Assembly: GCA_963665115.1 (NCBI GenBank)
Contig: OY762007.1
Location: 3,328,001-3,392,000 of the forward strand
Reading direction: 5' to 3'
Source: an uncultured Rivularia sp.
GTDB lineage: Bacteria > Cyanobacteriota > Cyanobacteriia > Cyanobacteriales > Nostocaceae
DNA length: 64,000 bases
Shown: positions 54,593 to 64,000 of the stretch, piece after piece
Position numbering within the stretch: position 1 is the stretch's first letter
Layout: each line of letters opens with the position of its first letter
Made by a program: the position numbers and the translations under genes
Notes under the pieces: generated by a model
The model's database searches: none
Told to the model about the DNA's origin: nothing
What the model saw: the letters and a program-made list of their open reading frames with translations, nothing else

Positions 54593-54972
54593 TCAAAAGT
54601 AAGTTAAAAGAAAGAAAGTCGTTTAGCAGCTATAAGCTTAACGTAAGAATCGCAATTATAGGGACTGTAACTGGATACCGCATCAAGTAGGCTGTAGCTA
54701 TATTAAGATTTGCGACACAAAAGTAAGAATGACCAACAAATATGCATTGCTTCTGCGATAAATATTTATCTATAAACCAGGAATTGTTGGAAATACAGGC
54801 AAGTTAAGTTTTGGGTATCTTCTATTAGTCTTAATGGTCTATAGCTTACAACAGTTTTACTTAAAGTATTTTATATTACATAAATCTACTAAAGAAGATT
54901 ATTATACTTTATTATTCTAAAAAGCAACGCTTGATACCCAAAATCAAGTTTTTTAGTCAACTAAATATCAGT

Positions 54973-56277
54973 ATGAGCAATACAAAATTTTGGCGAAATG
55001 CTTACCAGTTATTTAAACCAGAGGAACCTCTGGTAACGGCTGAAGACCTGAGAAATTTTTACGTACAAAGAGATAACAGTCCCTTGGATAAGCTGGTCAG
55101 TTTGCTAGAAATGGAGGATGATCCAGCAAAATTTTTATTGGCTGGTCATAGAGGTGGTGGAAAAACTACTGAGTTGCGACGGTTGCAACAAAAAGTAGCT
55201 GATTTTTACACTGTTATTTGGATTGATACGCAAAGTGCTTTAGACAGATACAATATTGGCTATGCGGAAGTGATAGTTTTAATTGGTTTAGAAATTGCAC
55301 GTCAAGCCATTCAATCTAATTGGTTATCTAATAGGAAAAATGAATTATTAAACGCTCTGCAAGATAGTCTTAAAGCTGTAGTTTATCAAGATAAAGATAG
55401 TGAAACTGATGGTTTGCAATTTCCAGAGTTTCTGACCAAGTTAGGATTAGTTCTTAAGCGTGGTTTAACTAGAGAGGTAACTAAAACTCTTAATGTTCGC
55501 CCTTTATTGAGCGAAATTATTGTTAGAGTTAATGATATTATCGAAGCTGCGGAAAAGGAAAGAGAGCAAAAATTAATGATAGTTGTTGATGGTTTGGATA
55601 GACATGACCAAGTAACTGCTTTGGAGATGTTTTCTAGTCCATTGTTAGTAGAATTAAACTCTCATATTATCTATTCAATTCCTATTTCTTTGCGATATTC
55701 TCCAAGTTTTCGTCAGCCAATGGAAAGTTTTCAAAAATGCTTAGATTTGAATAATCCTCCAGTGTTTGAATCTGACGACAATTTATGTCCGACTAATAAT
55801 CCCAATCAATATGGTCGAGAAATTTTAATTAAAGTAATAAATGCGCGTCTTGTTAAGTTGGGTGATAGTTATAAAGGTTTATTTAATCCCGATGCTTTGG
55901 AATTAATTTGTGAAAAAAGCGGTGGTGTGATGCGAGATTTAGTTAGGCTTGCACGTACTACCTGTGAAATTGGATTGCGAAATAAACTTTCGTTTATAGA
56001 TTTAAAAGCTGCACGAGAAGCAGTGCAAGAAGTACGTCGAGAGTATAATTTAAGTGACTACCACTATCCGGAACTTGATTCTATACACAAAAGTGGGAAG
56101 TTAACTACTAACACTCATAAATTACCTAACAAAGGTGAATTTATAATTGCTGACGAACTTTTACAGAATAAACTAGTTTTAGGTTATTACAACTCAAAAC
56201 AGGAGTCTTGGTTTGATATTAATCCTATTTTGATGGAAGATTTACAGCGTTGGCAAGCTACAACTAATATTTCATAA
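54973..56277 (+). CDS. P-loop ATPase (AAA+/STAND-like) of unknown function
   Basis: Walker A GHRGGGKTTE, Walker B IVVDGLDR, SGGVMRDLVRL, C-terminal WFDINP; ATG at 54973 preferred. Confidence 0.85.
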   Translation: MSNTKFWRNAYQLFKPEEPLVTAEDLRNFYVQRDNSPLDKLVSLLEMEDDPAKFLLAGHRGGGKTTELRRLQQKVADFYTVIWIDTQSALDRYNIGYAEVIVLIGLEIARQAIQSNWLSNRKNELLNALQDSLKAVVYQDKDSETDGLQFPEFLTKLGLVLKRGLTREVTKTLNVRPLLSEIIVRVNDIIEAAEKEREQKLMIVVDGLDRHDQVTALEMFSSPLLVELNSHIIYSIPISLRYSPSFRQPMESFQKCLDLNNPPVFESDDNLCPTNNPNQYGREILIKVINARLVKLGDSYKGLFNPDALELICEKSGGVMRDLVRLARTTCEIGLRNKLSFIDLKAAREAVQEVRREYNLSDYHYPELDSIHKSGKLTTNTHKLPNKGEFIIADELLQNKLVLGYYNSKQESWFDINPILMEDLQRWQATTNIS

Positions 56278-56330
56278 AAGTTTTTCATCCTCATTTTTAT
56301 CTATCAATATTAACTTTATCTGGTTGGTAT

Positions 56331-59300
56331 ATGCTTAATCAAGACACTAATTATTATTTAAGTGAAGTTGATAAGAAGGAATTAGATAAGTTAGTTGTTT
56401 TATTAGAACTTTCCAGTGGAACGACAATTATTTTTGGCATTACACCAGAAATTAGTCCCCAACATATAGTAGTCAAAAGTCTGAAGGAATCTTTAGAAAC
56501 AACTGAAGAAAGTTTTGAGTCTTATAACTTTTTTTATAGCGAAGATTCTTTTCATAATTTTCTTTATAGCTTGGATGATAATAAACAGCAGAATACCCAA
56601 GCTGAGCGCAAATTGGTGATGGCATTTGGAATTGACCAATTACCTACACCGCGCTTGGTTAAAGAAATGAAACAACTTAATTTAGGTAGAGAAGAGCTAT
56701 TTGGAAGAAATTTAGTATTAATTTTATGGCTCAATAAAGAACGGTTTTTAGATGAATTTCGTCAGCGTGCGCCAGATTTTTGGGATTGGCGAGAAAAGGT
56801 AGTAAAATTTGAAACACGCAATCCCTTACTTTATCCCTATTTAGAGTGGTTAATTGCTGAGAATTCTTATCTCAAAATGAGTGGCGTAATGCAGGTAAAT
56901 CGCCAAGTTGATATTTTTCTTGACCAAGTTTATGTATCCCTACAAGCACAATGGCGACAACATATTACCGAAACTTCTGAGGCTAATACAACAAAACCTA
57001 ATGCGGCGAGTGTATCGCAATCTCGAAGTGTTAAATTTGACGAGATGGATGTTGGTCAAGATGATTTGGATGAAGCCTACGATTACGAACCACTTCCTGA
57101 AGACTCAATAACTGTTTCTAGCACTGAAACCATTATCCGAAAAATCGCATTATCTCAGGCGGTACGAGAAAATCCTTATAGTGTGATTTTAGGCGCTCCA
57201 GGTGCAGGGAAGACTACTCTTCTACGTTATTTAGCGTTACATTTTGCAAGAACAAAAAGAGATAATAAGGAAACAGTAATTGTTGGCGAAGACAAGGAAG
57301 AATTAAGTAAAACTTTGTTACCAGTTTTCTTTCGGATTGCTGACTTTGCAGAGCAACTCGAACAACAGCCAAATTTAACTTTATTTGAATATCTACGTCA
57401 GTTTTACCGTCAGTGGGAAGCTCATTTTCAAACAGAAGAAGAAATGGGAACTCCGAAAGAGGTAGCAGAATTTCTTCTATTGAGGATGCGTCAAGGACAG
57501 TGCTTGATGTTGCTAGATGGTTTAGATGAGGTATTTGACCAAGAAAGTCGTAAACAAATTGTAAAACGTATTAATCAGTTTGTTGATAAGTTTCCTAACA
57601 ACAAATTTGTAATTACCAGTCGTATTGCTGGCTACCGCGATGTGCAATTAAGCGATAGGTTTGCAGAATTTACCATTGAAGACATGGATAGCGAACAGGT
57701 AGAACGATTCCTATCTCGCTGGTGTTATACAGTTGAAAAAGCGCAACAGCCAGATGCTAGTGAAGAGCAATGGCATAAGAGAGGAGATGAGCAAATACAA
57801 GACATTTTACAGTCAGTTGAAGACAATGAGGGCGTAAAGCGGTTAACAACAAACCCCCTACTGTTAACTATTTTGGCACTCATTCACCGAAATGGCGATC
57901 GCCTTCCCAATCGTCGAGTTAAACTCTATGAATTAGCAGTGCAAACTTTGACGGAAGATTGGCAACTTAGTAAGAAATTACCAGATGCACCAAAAGTAGT
58001 GTTAAAGGAAACAGAAGTAGTAGAACTTTTAGCACCTTTAGCATATTGGATGCATGAAGAAAAACCTTCTGGTGTAGTTAGTCAGCAAGAAGTTGAAGAA
58101 AATTTAGCACAAAAACTAGCGGAAACTGAATGATGATGAGCCAGAGTCAGAATCCGTGCTTCAAGCGGTAGGGGAGTTTTTGCGTAAAGTACGGGAAACC
58201 ACAGGTTTATTTGTGGAAAAAACACCAGGGTTTTACGGGTTTATGCATCTGACGTTTGAAGAATATTTTGCTGCTCGTTATATTGCGGATAACGACCTAA
58301 GTGATATTCTACAACTAATCCAGAACCATCTCCACGAACCGCGCTGGAATGAACCTATTTTATTAGCTTTAGGGTATTACGGAATTCATTTTCCTAGACA
58401 AGTTAAAAAATTAGTAGAAAGACTGTTCAAGAATTTAGAAGATTATCAACCGACTTTACAACATGGTGAGATACAAATTAAAAATTCTTCATCTGATGAT
58501 GCAATTATTTTTTACTTCAAAGCGGACGATGAATCAGAAAACAACTCCCAAGAAGTAGAATTCAAATTGAAGGATTTGTTGTTTGCTGGACAGGTAATTG
58601 CAGAAGTTGAAGTTAATAGTAATTTTCGGAAAAAGCTGATTCGTAAGTTAGTTATTACCTATCTTGGTATAGATACTGATGACTTTGGAGATGATACGAC
58701 TAAGCATTTATTAAGATTACTGCGTAAAATAGAACAGTTTTATAAAAAAAATGAAATCATAGATTTATTAAAAGAATTTGCTAATGAATCAACCCTGTCT
58801 GAAGAAATTCGTATTGTAGCAAAAACAGCCATTCTTTATATTGCTTGTAGTGATTCAGTAGAATTAGTTAATTTTGCGACAGAATTTGTTAATGAATTAG
58901 AGCCATTTTTATTTTTATATACTATTGGTTTTGTGCAAAATCTTGGTCAAGATATGACATCTGTTCTCGAAGCTAGTAGAAAGTATAACTTAGCTGAAGA
59001 ACGATGTCAAACAGCATTAACTTTTCTTACAGGAATATTTTACATTCGTAAAGATAAATATGATTTAGCTATATCTATTTTAGAAGATATTAATGAGCAA
59101 TATAATAGTAGTTTAGGAGCATTTATTGATTGGGCATTGGCATTTTGTTATCAAGAAAAAAAAGAATATGAAAAAGCTAATAAGTATTACAATAAGGCAA
59201 AAACATCTAATGACTTTATAAATAGCGCTTATTTCTGGCTTTCTTGGGGTAAATGTCAATCAGATTACAAAAAATATGAAGAATCATTAAACTATTATCA

Positions 59301-61752
59301 AAAAACATTATCTATAATAAAAAAATTAGGCGTTCCAAAATACGAAGCAAGTATTTTAAGCATTGTTGGTAGAGTATATCAATGTTGGGGTAAATACCAA
59401 CAAGCGATTAACTATCACCAACAAAGTAAAGATATTTATCAACAGTTAGATCGAGATAAAGATATTGCTAACCAGTGGACTTTGCTAGGTAACTGCTATC
59501 GTTCATGGGGTAAATACGACCAAGCTGTTGAATCTCAAAATAAAGATTTAGAAATTCATCAGCAATTGAATGACCAAGTTAATATTGCTAAAGCATACTA
59601 TCAACTAGGAATGATTTATCAAGACTGGGGTAAATATGAGCAAGCTGTTGATTACTATCAACAAAGCAAAGAACTTAATCAAAAATCAGGTCGTAATAAA
59701 TATGTTATTAACCACTGGTCTCGTCTGGGTGAATGCTATCATTCATGGGGTAAATATGAGCAAGCTGTTGAATGTAAAAATCAATGCTTAACAATTAGTC
59801 AACAGGTAGACGACCAAGCCGGTATTGCATTCGCATACTATGAATTAGGAACGATTTATCAAGATTGGAATAAATACGAACAAGCTGTTGAATATAAAAA
59901 TAAAGAATTAGAAATTTATCAGCGGTTGGATAACCAAGCCGATATTGCATTCGCATACTATCAAATAGGAGAGATTTATACTTATTGGGATAAATACGAA
60001 CAAGCTGTTGATTACTACCGACAAAGTAAAGATATTTATCAACAATTAGGTCTGAATAAAAAAGTTGCTGACCAGTGGAACAATCTTGCTGATTGCTATC
60101 ACTTATCAGGTCAATACGAAAAAGCTGTTGAATGTAAAAATCAATGCTTAAAAATTCGTCAGCAGTTAAATGACCAAATTAATATTGCTGACGCTTATCA
60201 TCAGCTAGGAAGGATTTATACTGATTGGAGTAAATACGAGCAAGCTGTTGATTACTACCAACAAAGTAAAGATATTTATCAACAATTAGGTCGAGATAAA
60301 AGTGTTGCTAGCCAGTGTAAAAATATAGCATACTGCTATCGGTTATGGGGTAAATACAAACAAGCTATTGAATATCAAAATCAATGCTTAGCAATTCGTC
60401 AACAATTGGATGAACAAGCAAATATTGCATTAGCATACGTTCACTTAGGATGGATTTATCAAGATTGGGGCAAATATGAACAAGCTACTAATTACTATCA
60501 AAAAAGTAAAGACATTTATCAACAATTAGAACGAAATAAAGATATTGCTAATCAATGGTATAATTTAGCTGATTGCTATCGCTTATGGAGTAAATACGAA
60601 CAAGCAATCGAATATCAAAGTAAATGCTTAAGAATTCGTCAGCAGATAAACGACCAAGCTGATATTGCATTAACTTACTATCAATTAGGAAGGATTTACA
60701 CTTACTGGGGTAAATACGAACAAGCTGTTAATTACTATCAACAAAGTAAAGAAATTTATAAACAGTTAGGTAGGGATAAAGATATTGTTAGACAGTGGAA
60801 TAGCTTAGCTTATTGCTATCGGTTATGGGATAAATACGAACAAGCTATTGAATATCAAAATCAAGCCTTAACAATTTGTCAGCAGTTGGATAAGCAAGCT
60901 GATATTGCACTCGCATATTTTGCATTAGGATGGATTTATCAAAGTTGGTGTAAATACCAACAAGCTATTGATTATTACCAACAAAGTAAAGATATTTATC
61001 AACAATTAGGTCGAGATAAAGATGTTGCTAGCCAAAGGTCTTTGCTAGGTAATTGCTATCGAAGTTCAAAAGACTATAAAAAAGCAATTGAGTGTTGTCA
61101 ACAAAGCCTTGCTTTGTACCAACAGTTAGGTCAGGATGAAAGCGTAGGTAGACAGTATCAAAAACTTGCTTACTCTCAAAGCCTATTAGCAAAACATACT
61201 TCAAATCAAATAGAAAGTTCTGAATTACTAACACAAGCAGAAGAAAACATAAATCAAGCCATAAAAATAAATACTACAGGCGAATATATAAAAAATCTTG
61301 CTTACGACTACATTGTTTTCAGTTTGCTCTGCTCAGAACGTTTACGCTGGATACCTAACGACTCATCAAAACAAGAAAAAATTCCCTTATTTGAAGAGTA
61401 TTACCATAAGGGTTTTACCCATTTTGATGAATTAGGACAAGCAATAAAAAAATCAGGACAAGCTCTTAATATTGCTCGTGCTTATTTAGAAGTGGAAGCT
61501 CTAGAAAATCTTGATAAAAGCGAAGAAATCGCCAAAGAATGTTTGCAAGTCTCTCAAGACTATAACCGCCGAAAATTAGAAGCCGCAGCACGCAAACTAT
61601 TAGGTGAAATTTACCAGAAACGCACTCAACAAAATCAGCCAGACGCAGAGTCAATTGCTACCCAGTTTTTATCAGAAAGTCTACAAATTTATCAAGATTT
61701 GGATTTACAAGAAAAAGCAGCCGAAGTAGAGCAGATTCTGTATCCTAACTAA
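56331..61752 (+). CDS. NACHT NTPase-TPR protein with N-terminal degenerate P-loop-like domain, split by +1 frameshift near 58123-58125
   Basis: GAPGAGKTT, LLDGLDE, ITSR, NPLLL in 56331-58133; F-M-HLTFEEYFAA and TPRs in 58156-61752; joined ~1806 aa. Confidence 0.88.
59344..61143 (+). repeat. intragenic 120-bp (40-aa) TPR tandem array with 240-bp superperiod
   Basis: CAAGCTGTTG/CAAGCTATTG-type sequence recurs every 120 bp from 59401 to 61081; two alternating unit types. Confidence 0.92.
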
Positions 61753-61884
61753 ACGCTTAGAAGAGCCGGTGCTGTACAAGTCGGCTGCTCACTTGAGGTT
61801 AAGTTCGGATAAGCTAAAAGGTTTGGTTACTTGAAAAAAGCAATTTCTTAATTATCAACGGTAATTTTCAGTAAACTAAACTGC

Positions 61885-62790
61885 CTATTTCAAACAATAA
61901 TAACCCTGTTCAATTTCTTCCAATAATCCACGTCCAGTAGCATTCCATCCCAACAACTTACGAGCTTTAGTTGCCTTAACTCGGCTATTAGAGCCAAATG
62001 CAAAGTGAGCAAATTCGGGAGTCCATGTTTGAATCGCTTCGTCAATTGTTATGCTGCTAGTTAGTCCTTCCATACCTAACATTCGGCTAATCGCTTCCAC
62101 AACCGTTTTCATTGATGCTTCACCGTTCTCTACATAGAAGAAAGAGCCAGCAGGAGCATTTTCTATTGCTAATAGATATAGCTCTGCTACATCATCAATA
62201 TGAACGTGCGACCAAATATTTTCACCTTTGCCAATATAACTCGCTGTACCAGTTTTTTGAGCTAATTTAATCAGCCCAGGAACTTGAATGCTCTCCGCAT
62301 GAATTCCATGACCTTGACCATAAATTAAACTGTGACATAAAACTACAGAATGTACTTTTTGTTGAGCAGCACTTAAAACTTTTTTATCAATAGCAATACG
62401 TGCTACTTTTTCTATTTCTGGATGAAACGGCGTATCTTCGTTAAAGACTAATTCGCTTTTATTACCAGCCGCTTTATCTCCTACTAGGCTAGAACCGCTA
62501 GTTTGGATAAATAATTTATTAGTACCAGCTAGCACTGGCAAAATTGTTGTTACTATCCAAGGATTATCGGAATCCGCAGCATTAATTACAGCATCAGATT
62601 TTTGTGTTGTCTCAATTAGAAGTTTACTATCTGTAAGGCTACCAACAACAGGTTCGACACCCATTTTTTCAAGCTGCTGTGCCTTTTCTTTTGAACGTGT
62701 AAGCCCTAAAACTTGATGACCTGCATTAATTAATTTAACTGCAACAGAACCACCAATATACCCAGTCGCACCAGTTAGAAAAATCTTCAT
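61885..62790 (-). CDS. NAD-dependent epimerase/dehydratase family protein
   Basis: IFLTGATGYIG, WSHVHIDDVAELY. Confidence 0.9.
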   Translation of the reverse strand: MKIFLTGATGYIGGSVAVKLINAGHQVLGLTRSKEKAQQLEKMGVEPVVGSLTDSKLLIETTQKSDAVINAADSDNPWIVTTILPVLAGTNKLFIQTSGSSLVGDKAAGNKSELVFNEDTPFHPEIEKVARIAIDKKVLSAAQQKVHSVVLCHSLIYGQGHGIHAESIQVPGLIKLAQKTGTASYIGKGENIWSHVHIDDVAELYLLAIENAPAGSFFYVENGEASMKTVVEAISRMLGMEGLTSSITIDEAIQTWTPEFAHFAFGSNSRVKATKARKLLGWNATGRGLLEEIEQGYYCLK

Positions 62791-62893
62791 GACTTTTTGT
62801 TGTAAATCTAATTTTTTACTATTAGTTAGTCTGACAAAAAGCCAATATTAGTACCAGAGTTTACCTATACTGGTATAGAGAGTAATACGTTAA

Positions 62894-63727
62894 ATGCAGT
62901 TAATGAACGAACAAGAGCGACTAAAAGAGCTAGCTGATTTTCTTCGCACCCGTAGAGCTAAACTATCACCCGCTCAAGTTGGTTTACCACCAGGATTGCG
63001 CCGTCGAGTTACTGGTTTGCGACGAGAGGAAGTAGCCGAACTAGCTGAAATCAGCGTTACTTGGTACACGTGGCTAGAACAAGCAAGGTCAGTTAAAGTA
63101 TCTCCCGAAACTCTTTTACGAATTACTCAAGCACTTCAATTAAATCGTCACGAACAAGAGCATTTATTTTTTTTAGCAGGACATTCTCCACCTCCTTCAC
63201 CTTTAGCTGAAAATCAGGTAACGGAATCAACCCGACAGGTGCTAGAAAGTTTGGAACCGAACCCTGCTTATCTTGTAGATTTACGTTGGAATTTAGTAGG
63301 TTGGAATCAAGCAGCTATAAAGGTTTTTGGAGATTTTACCGTATTTCCATCGTCAGAACGCAATCTTATGTGGTTGGCATTTACAAACTCAGCGATGAAG
63401 GAGCTTTTTGTAAACTGGGAAGAATTTGCACATTGTTTACTAGTTCACTTTCGAGCCGATTACGCCCAAAATACTAACGAGCAAAGTTGGACAGAATTAG
63501 CTGTAGCACTTCAAAAAATTAGTCCTGAGTTTCGCAAATGGTGGAAAAGTCATGACGTTGCTCGTCCCCATGAAGTACAAGAACTAAATCATCCTATTGT
63601 GGGAAAATTGGTGTTAGATTCTGTTACTTTTCAAGTTTATCCAGCAGCTAATCTGCGGCTGACTGCTTATACCCCGAAAACAAATATAGATACAGTAAAG
63701 TTACAAAAGCTTCATTCCCAAGCATGA
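62894..63727 (+). CDS. XRE-HTH regulator with MmyB-like ligand-binding domain
   Basis: LADFLRTRRAKL, RRRVTGLRREEVAELA, WYTWLEQ, RNLMW, HPIVG. Confidence 0.9.
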   Translation: MQLMNEQERLKELADFLRTRRAKLSPAQVGLPPGLRRRVTGLRREEVAELAEISVTWYTWLEQARSVKVSPETLLRITQALQLNRHEQEHLFFLAGHSPPPSPLAENQVTESTRQVLESLEPNPAYLVDLRWNLVGWNQAAIKVFGDFTVFPSSERNLMWLAFTNSAMKELFVNWEEFAHCLLVHFRADYAQNTNEQSWTELAVALQKISPEFRKWWKSHDVARPHEVQELNHPIVGKLVLDSVTFQVYPAANLRLTAYTPKTNIDTVKLQKLHSQA

Positions 63728-63730
63728 TAA

Positions 63731-63991
63731 TTATTCAAACTTCTCTCCTCGTGCTAAAAGTTCAATAAACTCGCTGCGAGTCAAATTATTTTGTTGAGCA
63801 ATTAAATCTAAATTTTCCCAAGCTGTATCGGTAAGTCGTAGCGATCGCACTTGTTTTGCTTCTTGATAATCCTGCTCAAACTTCCCGCTACTTGAACGCT
63901 TGCGTCGTGAAGCTTTTTCTCGAATTCCAGCATATTGATTCCCATCTGTTTTTTGCTCTGGAATAATCAATTTCACCAAGCAATCAATCAA
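63731..63991 (-). CDS. small ribbon-helix-helix (CopG-like) protein; start uncertain at window edge
   Basis: RSLRLTDTAWENLDLIAQQNNLTRSEFIELLAR. Confidence 0.6.
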   Translation of the reverse strand: MIDCLVKLIIPEQKTDGNQYAGIREKASRRKRSSSGKFEQDYQEAKQVRSLRLTDTAWENLDLIAQQNNLTRSEFIELLARGEKFE

Positions 63992-64000
63992 TCTTTCTCG

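Noticed and set aside
59344..61143. CRISPR array or DGR target
   Set aside because: Repeats are in-frame coding units without unique spacers; no cas or reverse transcriptase gene, and no separate template repeat seen.

Overview
AT-rich chromosomal segment of a filamentous, probably heterocyst-forming cyanobacterium (frequent HIP1 octamer GCGATCGC, 7-nt tandem repeats in intergenic DNA). It contains the replication origin (dnaA - DnaA-box cluster - dnaN), a 9-gene glycosyltransferase/flippase/sulfotransferase cluster, housekeeping genes (partial cobQ, bcp, def, HtrA-family protease, recQ, pilT-family ATPase, RNase II, rpsR, rpmG, typA), a 4-GAF phytochrome/cyanobacteriochrome histidine kinase, a TetR-RND efflux unit, and many small non-autonomous repeats (MITE-, REP- and SDR-like), one of which interrupts a gene. 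The most unusual locus is a two-gene unit at 54973-61752: a P-loop ATPase followed by a ~1800-aa protein (degenerate P-loop-like domain + NACHT + alternating 40-aa TPR array with variable surface positions and one chimeric repeat), which resembles an NLR-like sensor with no recognisable effector. Five genes are each split by a single extra base near a short homopolymer, most simply explained as sequencing/assembly error. No rRNA, tRNA, CRISPR array or full transposase was recognised. All calls come from reading motifs; no searches were run.
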